Positions 1-51,300 of a stretch of 64,000 nucleotides of DNA are shown one piece after another. The DNA is taken from the NCBI RefSeq assembly GCF_031769215.1, contig NW_026782074.1, positions 806,001 to 870,000 on the forward strand, written 5' to 3'. Both the position numbers and the translations under genes were made by a program. This DNA comes from Ylistrum balloti (lineage: Eukaryota). The notes under the pieces were generated by a model. The model saw only the letters and a program-made list of their open reading frames with translations, did no database searches and had not been told where the DNA came from. The stretch's first letter is position 1, and each line of letters starts with the position of its first letter.

Positions 1-284
1 CCAGTGAAATGTCTGTGCAGGTAAATTATACCCCTCATTGCTGAGATAAAACCTTCATGTTTACATTTAATGGTTATGTAGATTATTTATCACTGCAGAA
101 TTCACCTTTCCATATGAACAGAAGGTTGCGTATACAAACATATGTTTTTCCTGCTTAATCTGTGAAGGACATAGCTGCTGGGTCATTCATATCTGTATAC
201 ACTGGAGTCCAAAGAGATATCAGAACTGCCCTTTGCCCAAGAAATAAAAACAATGAGCTACTGTGATAAGCTTTCCTGTATCTT

Positions 285-3200
285 TCAGAAGAAGTCAACT
301 GTCATTCTGTCTACAATTTCCTGGTCACCAATCATCTGTAAAACAAAGCATAGAGGCATCAAATCACCGATAAACTAGGGTTTAATACAACAGAATTGTG
401 ACAGTTTCTACAATTACTACATATTGATATTACACTCCAAATGTTTGAGATAAATATCCAGAGGGTGATAGGTTCGTAGAACATGAAACTGATTTAACTG
501 GCCAGGCTTTAAATTATGTCACATAATATAAACCAGAGGCCTAGCGACCTTGATGGTCACCCGAGATAAGCAATATTGAATATAAAGGTTAAATATAGTT
601 ATCAAGTGTCATGAAACATAAATTGTGACATTGAATAAAGTAAGCCAGTGTCAATACATGCATACACCAAAACTGTCATTCTATTCTGATAATTCTTATA
701 AAGTTATTTCCTGTGGGAAATAACCAGCGTTATGCTCAAAAATGCATTTTTTCAATGAAAATTACAGTAAAGTTTAAAAAAAAAATTCTCCCCGGGAAGA
801 AAAGTGAAACTCATTTTGGTAATTAAAGCACCTTAGGATGCTTCCATTCATGAAGAGCATTTGATTCTAACATATCTGGGTGTTGAGAAGAAGAATTTTG
901 AAATTTGAGTCAATTTGACCCCTTTTGGCTACTTCCATCAGCCCCCAGGGGTCAGTCACGATAAAAATGGGCATACCATCAAGTCATCATCCTTCACTCA
1001 TAAATCTAACCAAGTTTGAAATATTTCCAATGGAAACTAAATAAATTATGCTCAGAAATCTAGTTTTCCCATATAATCTATAGTAAACTTTACCTCCTCC
1101 CTATGGGGAAATGTGAGACCTTGGGGCCATGAAATTCACAATTTTCCATTCATGAAGAGTATTTGATTCTACCATATCTGGGTGTTTTTGAAATCTGTGT
1201 TAATATGACCTCTTTAGCCCCACCCCTCATGCCTCTACGGGGTGGGGACTGTATAATTCAAAATTTTGGTTCATCTTAGGTCAGGCAAGGTTTCTGCGAA
1301 ATTTCATTGAAATTGGATTAGGGGTTTTTGAGAAGTCAAAAGTGATAAATTGTTTACAGATGCACAATGAACAGCGCACTATGCTGGATGAAGGGTATTA
1401 GAATAGGTCACCATAAGACTTTGTCTCAGGTGACCTAAAACCACGCAGTCCACACTGAGTGAAATAATCCCATATTGACATGCAATTTGTAACATACATG
1501 GACGTTTGTGGGATTTTATATTCTAAATGGTTTTGATAAACTACTTAAAAGTTATTGAAACCTTATTACAGTGTCATGAACATTGCCAATTGGAGATTTT
1601 TCCTGGTGCAGAAAGCTGGTAGTGGAAAAATTGGATTCTGGTTTGAACTTTGCAATAAGTGTAGGGAATGAGTGCTGTGCTAGTGACATTTCATCTTCAC
1701 TAAAGATATCTAGAATGGTTCCAAAATTACAACCAAAACAAGGTAGTATTAGAATAACAACAAGAATAAATACAGTACGTGTCTTCTCTAAAAAGGGAGT
1801 AACTTGGATATAAATTATGATAACTAGCCATATTTACACAAATTTAATGTTATCAATTTGGTGTGAGGATCTATGAAACAAACTTTAGATTTCTTCACTT
1901 TGAATAGTCTGAAAAAATACTTTACTTTTCTGTTTTGATGTCATTTGGGCTCTGTTACTAAAGTCCTCATAATTACATAATATTACATGGAAATGCGATA
2001 TCATTTATCTTCATCATAACATATTATTTGAAAATGTTATATTTCATTATCATTTCTTGACAACAAAAACAAAATTATGACAAAGATATATTCACACAGC
2101 ATTTCAATAATAAAATATTGTCAAACCTAGCTTAACAATTCATATTACAAACCTTTTCAAATTCTGGAAATGTTATCTGGCCCTTGGTTTCAAGGTCAGG
2201 GTGATTTAGAGCTTTGAATGTCAAGGCCAGAATGTGATCATCAGAGATAGCAACAGAGTAGAATAACTTGTATAGGCGGAACATTTCATCATGTGTTAAA
2301 GCTTCACCGCTGTAGATGTTGAAAAGGTCAAAGATGACTGTAAGAAAAAATAGAAAATATTAAGATGTTACATGCTGACATTGAAAAGTGGTATGGATAT
2401 GAAAACCTATTGTAAAATTCTAGTAATTTAAATTTTTATGGAAATTTGAATATTCACTTCTTCCCCAATGTGTCTTTGAAGTCTCGGCATAATTATTAAA
2501 ATGATTGGTTCATATGAATTAATTACCATGAGGGTAAACAGTATACACTGATGTTTCTTCCATCACTTTGAAAAGGGTTGGTCATTTGTGAAGTCAGGAT
2601 GAACCTATCGATCACTTATTTTGCTTTGTAAGGATTCCTTACACATGTAAAGTCTTGAGGTCTTTTTCAGTATTAGTTTCTGTATGTTTATCCTGATTTA
2701 TGACTGCAATTTTGCATTTAACTCTACACTTATATGAATATATGAAGTCCAGGTTGCCTATATAGTTAAGGGGAGATAACTATATCAACAAAGCAAAAAA
2801 ACATACACTTCTTTTTTTCTCCGGGTGAAATCCGATCACTAAGTAAGGCACATACACGTAGAAAGGTTTTGGGGTAAATTTTCAGTGACCGCTTGTCTAG
2901 TAAGCTTGCAATAATTGGCGGAGCTAAATCACTTCCAGCAAACTCTACCATAGTTAACATGTTCTCGTATGATATACCATCTGTGCAGTCAGGGTCCATG
3001 TCCCTATAGCGTTTCATTAATCTTCCCAGTTGATTCTCTGTGACTGAAAAACATGGAATCACGATCAATTATTCCCCGTGTGCCTGTAAATATTATGAAA
3101 TAGAGTTAAAGATTTAACTTTTCTGAGGTGGCTGTCTTGACTAGTTTTGGAAAGCTACATGTGATAAAGGTCTTCAGAGAATAGACAGCCATTTTATTTG

Positions 3201-4104
3201 TATCTAACACTTAATCCTCAGTGTGGACACACTACTCAATGTTTATCCTTTTTATAAGTGAGACTATCCAATTTCAATTTAAATTCCAAGACTTGATCAG
3301 AAGAAAGTGCAAATCACTTTTTGACAAATTGATACAATGAATCGAGTCATTTCCAATCATTCTTGCTGATGTATTTATATCAATGTAACAAAGGTCATTA
3401 TTTATTTCAAAGCCTCTGCTAGGATTCGAACCCTGGGCCTCTGGTTTACTAGTTTGACGCTAACCAATTGAGCTGAAGAGAAATTCTTTCTAGATGAGCA
3501 GTATATTGGGCCTAGTATTTTACCAGGGTTACATTTTATGAATATTTGAAATTAGGATTGGGAAAATGTAAATAATGAATGTATGTCTCAAGAGAGATCA
3601 CAAGGACATTATAAAAATTGAATTTGCTGACATGTTTCAAAGTCACTAACTGGTTGATTGATCTTATACCAACCCTGATGTTGTTGGGGCCAGTTACTTA
3701 CAGGGAGTTGATGACAGCAGATCTTGGATTTCTTCCTTGCTCAAAACATCTTGCAAGTTGGAAACTTCATTTCCCTGAAAGATCATATAAATTGAACTGA
3801 GCAATTTTTTCTTATATAATTTTTTTGTTTTTGTTTTTGTTTTTGTTTTTTTTATGAGAAAAGAAACGTTTGTTGGTATTCATGGAAACAAAGCAAACAT
3901 ACCATGGTGAAACTTATTAAATGTATTACAAGAGAGAAGACACCAATTTTATGTTCTTCAATATTAGACATCAATAAGACATACAATACTATTTTTTGAC
4001 AGTCTAATTACTGTTCCTTCAAAATCTACTCTTGGATGAAAAATAAATCTACTCTATAGTTTTCATCTCTTTTACTGACAGTTCAGTATTGTGGAACTTA
4101 CCAT
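285..4104 (-). CDS. Calcineurin B / calcineurin-B-homologous-protein (CHP)-like EF-hand protein, 182 aa, 5 coding exons
   Basis: Exons on the minus strand: 4102-4104 (ATG|GTAAGT; alternative ATG|GTATGT at 3903-3905), 3702-3774, 2807-3043, 2153-2337, 285-335. All are GT-AG, with phases 0/1/1/0 and a total of 549 nt. Protein: MGNEVSNLQDVLSKEEIQDLLSSTPFTENQLGRLMKRYRDMDPDCTDGISYENMLTMVEFAGSDLAPPIIASLLDKRSLKIYPKTFLRVCALLSDRISPGEKKKFIFDLFNIYSGEALTHDEMFRLYKLFYSVAISDDHILALTFKALNHPDLETKGQITFPEFEKMIGDQEIVDRMTVDFF. By eye it aligns along its length to CNB/CHP (MGNEAS-like start, F.x.xI.RL.KR, KL.F.F..Y, IT/SF.EF, C-terminal M.V.F). Confidence 0.88.
531..1440. mobile_element. Non-autonomous Helentron/HINE-like element in the last intron of the CNB-like gene
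   Basis: Subterminal inverted repeats GGTCACCCGAG (555-565) and CTCAGGTGACC (1425-1435). Terminal hairpin AGGTCACC...GGTGACCT (1405-1436) followed by AAAA. Internal sequence recurs inverted at about 34990-35210. No ORF. Confidence 0.6.
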
Positions 4105-5339
4105 TTTGTTCAATTTAAGACGAATTAAATTATGGTAATTGGTTAGAGTTTGTCAATCAGGGTATTTTCCTTTCTTCAAATTTCATCATTAAGTAACTGA
4201 AATCAATAACAAAACAAGCAAAATGTATTAATATTATATACAATGTATCAGTGAACAATACTTATCCTCTGATTAGTTGATTGTCCTGGGATCATATTGT
4301 AATATCTGAAACAGGTAATAATCCTAGGTAACTCAATGAATAGTACTGGAGTTATAATGTCAAAATAAATTGTCTCTTTATTGCCATAGTGACATGACCT
4401 ATTTACATTTTAACTGGAAAAAAATATACAAAACATAACAAGCTAGAAAGCTGACAATGATTTTCTAAATATAGTAACAGTGACTTTGTCCTTTACCTCA
4501 GCCCAAAGACAGTGAAACTCGAACTTGTTCAAATTATTTTAATGCTTTATGTGTGTGTCAAGTTTAATGATAATCCCTCCAGGAGTGATCACTAGATGAT
4601 GGACAGATGGAGAGGAAAACTATTCCCCCTCCATCCTCCCCCCCCCCCCCCCAGTTTCACTAGTAGGGGATGAAATAGCACAGTCATATAATAAAGCAGT
4701 GTCAGAATTTGAGTTTGATTGTTCCAAGAGATCACAAGGTTTTTAGCAGAAACTAATTTTCCATTTTGTAAATAGTTATCTATCACTGGGTAGTTACTTC
4801 AGGAAGGGAGAAGTGTACAAGTAGGGAGTACACTTGGTCACTTTAGCAGCCCCTACTAGAGGTGTTTTCTTAAGGCAAGCGATACAGCATCTACCTTGCA
4901 AGCGAAAAATCATAGTGTCAAGAATTAAAATCAAATTATTAATTTCCCCTTGGTCAAGCGGTAGAATGACTGGCTAGGTTATAAGCTTGAATCCAGGCAG
5001 GGTGTTTCTTATTACTCATTCATATTGCAGTTGCATGAACTAGTGATAAAACATCATAAAATGATTAAAAGATCCATCTTATATTTCACTATTAGTTTAT
5101 GTTGGACTTAAGAGATACATGTAATGACTGTAAAATAAAATTATAATTTTATAAATGCTGCTGGTTAATTATGGTTATTATATAATATGGCAGAGATTCG
5201 CCAAGTTTAATACCTCACAGCTGCTGTAAAGCATTATTCTAAACATATGATTTTACATACAAAATTTCAGTGTAATCCTGATCATAATACTGGTTTGTAC
5301 ATGTTTATACATAATAAACTGGACTCATCTCTATTTGAA

Positions 5340-6302
5340 ATTCTGAGCACCACGAAAGCGAAATGATGATGTTTGAAAATAACAATAAGCGCTCATAAAG
5401 AGGTAAGTTAAGTTACGTGATCATTGAAAATCAATCAAGGTATACGTTTTATTCTGAGCCGTGTTAAGTACGATACATTACCTCTACTGAGATATCAAAC
5501 GTGACACGGTACGTGTAGGACCTGATTTATATCCGTTCCAATAAGGGAAATAACATTTTGTATTTAAAAATCGCTAGATCGGAGAGATATTGTATAATAC
5601 ATGTAAAATATCTTACAGTGATGAAAAATCGAGCTACAGCAATCGATAGAGCATGGAAACGGTTGTTTACATCTTGTGTGGTTATTCGTACCTTCAAAAC
5701 TAAAGATTTCCGTTCTTTTTTTAGCCTGTCGTTTTCTTCTTTACACCAATTGTCGATGCCTATGAATTTATCATACTTATGGTTTTGTTAAATTGTAATT
5801 ACTAATACTATTTTGGGAGGAAGAATGATAGTTTATTGGCAGGTAAAAACGCCATAATAGGGGATTCCCTCAACGTCAAATTAAGAAGGACTCCTCTGTG
5901 ATATTTTGACGTCACTTCCTGTTAATTAACTCGCAGGTGGGTGAGGTCAGATCAAGCATAAAAACAGTGGGTGTTTTAGAAGACCTATGGACCTTTGCTG
6001 ACTAACGCCAGTGAACACATGAAATAGGTGGCCGATGTACGTAAACATCGGTTATGTGGTTTTAATATGTTGAAGAGTCAACACCACAATCTGTGCGACT
6101 TGCTCAACTTCAAGTCGCGCCAACACACTCCAGTTGAACGTTGGGGACATGTTGTTAACATCTGGTGCTACAGTCATATTGCTTAGTTAAAACAATGTTT
6201 TATAATTGAGAGGAATATCTCTTTCGTGAGTTGATGGATCGATGAAACTGATCAGTGGATTATACCTCTGTCTGTACCTAGAAGATCGTCCATCATACTA
6301 CA
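5340..6302. promoter_or_regulatory. Putative bidirectional promoter and 5' UTR region between the two divergent genes
   Basis: Locally CpG-rich. A CRE palindrome TGACGTCA overlaps an ETS-type CACTTCCTG at about 5907-5921. It lies between the minus-strand UTR/ATG exon (4102-4196, acceptor at 4197-4198) and the plus-strand ATG at 6303. TSSs cannot be determined from sequence. Confidence 0.5.
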
Positions 6303-44770
<38,468 letters not shown>

Positions 44771-45949
44771 TTCAGGCATCCATACCAGATCATATCAAGA
44801 TTACAATCTGTTCTGAGGACAGGAAAACTAAAACAGTCACAGAAAAAAGACTGTTTGGCGAGATTGTATTATTGCAACATTTTTAAGAGATTTTTTTCTG
44901 TAATGTTGTTCATAATTTTTTATTTGATGTTTTAATCTAATGTACAGGTAGGTGATTAAACCAGTACTAATTAAGTCACTATAGGGATCACGCAAAAGTC
45001 TCTTTAATGTTGAGATTTATTTGTTGGATATTTTAGTGTTATATTAGAGAAGCTATTTGGCAATAAATATAGTGTAACTGTCTCACCAATTACTAGTGAC
45101 CTCTTTAGGTCTTTCATTGTAAAAAATGAAAGGATGTACTTTTCTGCACGTATTGCCTTAAATTCATATATAAGTGCCTAATATTATTTGAGTAGTGCCT
45201 TGTTTCCAAAGTAATTGTGATCATACGACTAGCATCAAACATTTCCTACAGTGTTACTTTAGAAGCTGAGAATGTGTAATATGGGTTATTAAAACCAACT
45301 TTCTCACCTGGAAACAAAGTATTTTAACTACCCAGAATCACTCCAGATAAAAGTTCAATACATTTAATGTATACAGCATTGAAAGATAAATCACTTACTG
45401 AATGGGTAATCTCCTATTTAAACAAAAATTTATTTCTTCACATTTACCAAGAAGGAAGGGACATGTCACATTTACCACAAAGGAGGTAACATGTTACATT
45501 TACCATGGGTAGTAACATGTTTTACCAAGGGGAGGTAACCTTTCACACTTACCAATGGGAGATAACACGTTTCACCATGGGGATGTAAAAAATGATGTTC
45601 ACTAATGGAGGTAATAATTATCATGTATATCAAGAAAGGTACAAAAGGGAGGATGCTGTACTCTCTAATATCATCACGTTTTTCTTAAAATGGAAATGTT
45701 TTGTGGAAATAATGCCATAGTTGGTCTAACTGCATCATATTTTCATTGAAACATAGACATAAATATATAAAAAAAAGTCAGAAAAATTTACATCACTATT
45801 CATTTATTTTAATTTGTTAATCAAGTTTATCCAGCGAAAAAAATTGATAATTGGTGCTCTTTCAAGATCTTGCAGTTGATTGCTTTCATGTGACACTCAT
45901 GTGACACTCATGTGACTTACTGGGTATGTGCTTCTCACGCTTCATACAT

Positions 45950-46440
45950 CAAGGTAGTAGTTTCAGACGTGATGTGTGGTGCTGGTTTTACAGCTGACAG
46001 CATATCACATAGCATTTTAAGACTTGTTAGCTATGTGTGGTACTGGTTATGTCACATTGTATAGGAAGACTTGTCAGTGAAATATGCTGCTGGCTTTACA
46101 GCCATATCACATTGTATCGACAGACTTGTCAGTGTTGAGTATTGCTAGCATCAGAACCATATCACATTGTATAGACAGACTTGTCAGTGGAATGTGCTGC
46201 TAGCATCAGAACCATATCACATTGTATCGACAGACTTGTCAGTGATGAGTACTGCTAGCTTCACAGCTATATCACATTGTATAGACAGACTTGTCAGCGA
46301 AATGTGCTGCTAGCTTTACAGCTTATATCACATCACATTACAATCTACATGTGGTGCTGGTTTTAAAGCTGGTACCATGTCATGTAACATTTTAAGACTT
46401 GTCAGTGATGTGTGGTGCTAGTGATGATAACACATCTTGA
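45950..46440. repeat. Degenerate tandem repeat of about 60 bp downstream of the RPTP stop
   Basis: Recurrent ATCACATTGTAT...AGACTTGTCAG...TGCTAGC. Confidence 0.7.
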
Positions 46441-46899
46441 TGCAGCTTTTGTATTGGCTGTGGTGTCATGTAGTAGTGTGTTCTTCTCACAAATTTTTAG
46501 TTTTGTGTTTAGTACTATATGCCAAATGCAAATTATTGTGCACAAACTACACATAATACATAGAACATATCTAAACACTACAAACGAGACATGGACATCA
46601 TTAAGTTAATGTTCGTATGAGTTTTTGTTCTTCATATTTTCTGATATTTTGGTCAGTGATCAGTTTGTATTGATCATATTGGTGGGTTCTGAATTGGACC
46701 ATCCATTTATTGTATACATTTGCTTTTCAAATACGTAAAATTGTATGAGGGAAATGAGAAATTATGTTTGGTATATAACATGATCTATTAATTGTTCTTT
46801 GTTCAGGTTTTTTTTCATGCCTACAACTGATAGAGTGATAGAAATGTGCCCACCTACAACATTTTACATAATCTTATCCGTCTCATAACCTTTGACATT

Positions 46900-47646
46900 C
46901 CCCTGACTGTCTGACCTTTGACATTCTCTTACTTTTCACACTTTTGACTTCATTGTAACTATCTGCATTGTCTTACTGATCTGCCTGACCTTTGACATTG
47001 TCTTACTGATCTGCCTGACCTTTGACATTGTCTTACTGATCTGCCTAACCTTTGACATTGTCTCCACTGATCTGCCTGACCTTTGACATTGTCATACTGA
47101 TCTGCCTGACCTTTGACATTGTCTTACTGATCTGCCTGACCTTTGACATTGTCATACTGATCTGCCTGACCTTTGACATTGTCTCCACTGATCTGCATGA
47201 CCTTTGACATTGTCTTACTGATCTGTCTGACCTTTGACATTGTCTTACTGATCTGTCTGACCTTTGACATTGTCTTACTGATCTGCCTGACCTTTGACAT
47301 TGTCTCCACTGATCTTCCTGACCTTTGACATTGTCTTACTGATCTGCCTGACCTTTGATCTGCCTAACCTTTGACATTGTCTCCACTGATCTGCCTGACC
47401 TTTGACATTGTCATACTGATCTGCCTGACCTTTGACATTGTCTTACTGATGTGTCTGACCTTTGACATTGTCTCCACTGATCTGCATGACCTTTGACATT
47501 GTCTCCACTGATCTGCATGACCTTTGACATTGTCTTACTGATCTGTCTGACCTTTGACATTGTCTCAACTGATCTGCATGACCTTTGACATTGTCTCCAC
47601 TGATCTGCATGACCTTTGACATTGTCTTACTGATCTGCATGACCTT
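46900..47646. repeat. 30/31-bp minisatellite, more than 20 units
   Basis: CCTTTGACATTGTCTTACTGATCTGCCTGA with a TCTCCAC variant. Confidence 0.95.
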
Positions 47647-50600
47647 TTAACATCATACAACAAAATTACATTGAATTCTGATAATGTTGATGTAAACCAC
47701 CGTATTTATATACACATGATATACTTAATTTAGTAGATCTTCAGTATTAACAAACTTAAACAATGTGTTGTTTTATTGTTGGAATAGCAATCAAAACTGT
47801 GTTTCATAACGAAAAATTAACTGAATTACTGTGATATGATACACAAAACATGGATACCTCACTGGTGAAACTTGATATATAGATAAGATTTACTAAGTAC
47901 GAACATTCTGAAGCTTGATATATAGATATACGTTATATTTTTGATACATTAATTATAACAATAACAGTTTATCTCATACAGCACTTCTAATCATTCAGCT
48001 AATTTGAGATTGTATTTAATTACCAAAACTGTTCACAACATCATTTTTCAATTAAATTCACTCTAATTACATATCAGTAGTAAACGAGAATTAGTGCTGA
48101 ATAACACTGTCATTATATCATATAATTTCATTTGTTTTGATTCAATGGAAGTCAATGAATAAAAAAAAAAAGGTTTGAAAGAATAAAGACTGAAAGATAA
48201 TGGTTTTACTGGAATAGATAAAATATATATGAAAAATCATTGAAAACTTGTCGCAGTGTAAATTTGTATATAAGACTGTGTAATATATGTAACATGTATT
48301 TCATTGAACATGGTTCACAGACTTACTTTGGTATATATTTATCTTGCCATTCCTATATTGTCGTTATTTTTGTAAAGCTATGTCTGTTATCACTAAGGTC
48401 AGTTTGATAAAGGTTGTATTTATCAGAGATTGAATTTAATTCAGTTTTACATACTGGAGTATTTTCTGTTGTAAACCTTAAGAAACAGAGTATATATAGA
48501 GATATTTTATATTCATATTTGCTGTATATATGTATACATATTGTAAATAAGATACCGTTATGCATTGTTTTGTCAGGTCAAGTATAACCAGTTTACATAT
48601 TGTTATAGTGTTCGTCTGGTTGTATAGCACCAGAGGTATTGACTCAGTACTGGAACTCTTCATTCCCTGACTATCTCTCAGAAATATGAAATCTTTGGTG
48701 AGATAGTCAAATACTTCACTACAGTCTTCATTCTAGGATCATTACACTGTATCGGGTTTGTTTTTTAGAATGATTATAAGCCTTGCCACATTTAATTAAT
48801 ATTTCTTTAAAAACTGCATTCCTCTGTAGTGAAACAGTATAGATATTTTTACATTCCTTCTTGTCTCCTAAAAGGCCGAAATTCTGTAATAGAGGCATTA
48901 AAGGCATTCCTTTACAAACAGTATGATTTTCATAGAAACTGTTTACATGTACCTTGTTATCTACAATCTGCATTATATTTTTTCATCAAAATCTTCTTTC
49001 ATGTGATAAGGTGTTATGATAAGTTGTAGTATGAGATTTACAATCATAAAAATTGATGTATTGAAGAGTTTAAAGAAACCATTAGATCTCACTGATTTAG
49101 GTCAGTAGTTATCTTACATTTGATCATCAGTTTCCCTATCTACCATTATTGTTCAGCAAATATCTGAAATACGTAGCTTGTTATTGAGGACTCTAAAGAA
49201 TGGGTCAGGGTGTTTGATAATAAGGATTTTTTCTTTTAAATTGCCACATTGAATTGATATATCTGTTATAACAAGGTACACAGCTTCCTATATCTACGGG
49301 TTGAAGCGAGTATGGCCAAGTAATTAATAGTTGATATCCTCTGTACTTATTCACTGCAGAATTGAAATGTTTTTTAATTTGGCATTGAGAATTAATTTTC
49401 TGTTTTAACGACAGCTGGCTCTGTCTCTAGTTAGGACCTTACTTTGAGTTGATGTTTTTTCTATGATCTGTTCACTGTTCTTGGACCAGTATTTTTCTAA
49501 GGAAAAAAATTTCAATATTATGTTGTATATTTGTCATTTAAAAGATTTTTTCACAATTACATAAACGTTTGTAAAAAAAGTGAACATGATGGCTTTTATA
49601 TCATATAAGCTATCCAAAGGGGCACATTTTGTCATACATAGTAATGCTTGAACTATAGTGCAATGTCATCCATTGTCTGCTTTTTAATATTGTAGAGCTA
49701 TTGTGGGGCTTGTTAGGATCATTATCAGCTCATTGGTAGTTGTGTTAGTTTAAACGATTGGTGTGCCTTATAAATACTAAAATGTTAATTAGACATGACT
49801 TTATATGATTTTATGAAGCATTATTTTTGCTCAGCCTGCAGACAGTATTTGTTGTTCACAGGTGTTATGCAACCAAGTGATAATATAGAAAATTTGTATT
49901 TTCAAATGATCTGGTTTCTTCACCAGAATGGCATTCAGATTTTACAGGTCAGTATCTAATATTCTAGTCACAAACTTACGGCCGGATACAATTCTATTGA
50001 ATCTCAAAGTTTTCTCTTTATTGAATTAAATCATTTTTCTTTCCTGTTAAATAATCTGATCAGATTAAAATAGTGGTGGTATGTCAGCAGTATGACAGCC
50101 TATAACACATCTACTGGTAACAAAAATGTACACAGAGTAACAGATATCCCACTGTTTGATTATAGTATAACGGATTGTACTTCACCGACTCTTCATGATA
50201 GGAAATTCATTATTGGTAAACATACAGCAAAATTTTGATTCATTTTTGTCGTACTTTGAAATTTGTTATTTTAGATATATTCCAGCTTTGAGACACATCA
50301 AACCTGTAAGTAATCTTTTGTATTGCATTCCATTGCCATCATTCCGTTCATAATGAAACATATTTGAAAATTGTGGTTGTTATTTTGGCTTTTAAATATC
50401 TATTTTTTCACTCTTTGTTAAATTTCTTGAGCTACTTTGTATTGTATAATGTTACACTGTATGGTATTGTTGATTCAATTAATGGGTGTCATTATACTGT
50501 ATGTGTGTTGAAAAACTGTATGGAACAATCAACGCTGTATGTGTATACATTGTATGGTGTAAATACATTGAATTGTATGGGTTTAGAGGTACATCGGATG

Positions 50601-50965
50601 GTATGTTGGTACTTGTACAGTTTGTTGATACACTGTATGTTATACCGTTGTATTTTGATGAAGATATTTACTGTTACTACTGGGAAACATAAAAATGAAG
50701 TCCTTAAAAGTACTTAAACCATGTTTTGGCCTGAGAATTGTTATTGGTGAACAATGATAAATAAATTGATGTCATAAGATTGTTTTATTTACTCATTCTG
50801 CTGCTGTTATTAGCTCGTTGTGGTAATATTCAGTAAGTTGATGTACAGAATTATCACAGGTGTATTCATTAGCATACTGTGATATCACCTTTTATTAGTT
50901 GTGATGATATTACTTACCAGCTCACTGTGATGTAACTATTTTTTATCTCATTGTGATGTTATTTT

Positions 50966-51300
50966 CGTCAACTGATGGACAAACTCGTAACACGGGAACT
51001 CAAAAGATGCAGGTTGGCGAAAATTGTGGAGAAATTTTACGGTCGCCATAGTGATCTCAATGAGAAATAATTTATTTCTTTGAGCGATCTGAAGCCGGAC
51101 GTTTTTGATGCTGTTAGTCTGTCTTCTGATTCCTTTGTTGTATACCTCGTTCTCATTGAGAACGTGACATTAATTACTTGGATTGACCAAGATTTACATG
51201 GCGGGCGTCTTCGATGATGCAGGGGACTCTTCCGGAATACCTGGTCTTATTCTACTTTTGGTTTTTTCAGAAATCTCTTGTGTAAATCTTTCTTTTGTTC
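50966..51300 (+). mobile_element. Decayed 3' end of a Penelope-like retroelement (RT C-terminus plus 3' UTR)
   Basis: Translates RQLMDKLVTRELKRCRLAKIVEKFYGRHSDLNEK*FISLSDLKPDVF. This matches the KL...G....RL.....KFYGRH.DL...Y..S.S....D.F motif I recall from mollusc RT-terminal PLE proteins. It is followed by a GGCGGG...CAGGGGA...CACCTG-like 3' motif. The in-frame TAA indicates decay. Confidence 0.6.

Noticed and set aside
1583-1813. Plus-strand ORF, and a possible extra minus-strand exon of the EF-hand gene
   Set aside because: The EF-hand gene is already complete and phase-consistent without it, and there is no homology signal.
3044-3083. Upstream acceptor at 3084 extending the large EF-hand exon
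   Set aside because: It introduces an in-frame TAA. The 3044 acceptor restores the CHP-like phase-1 F codon.
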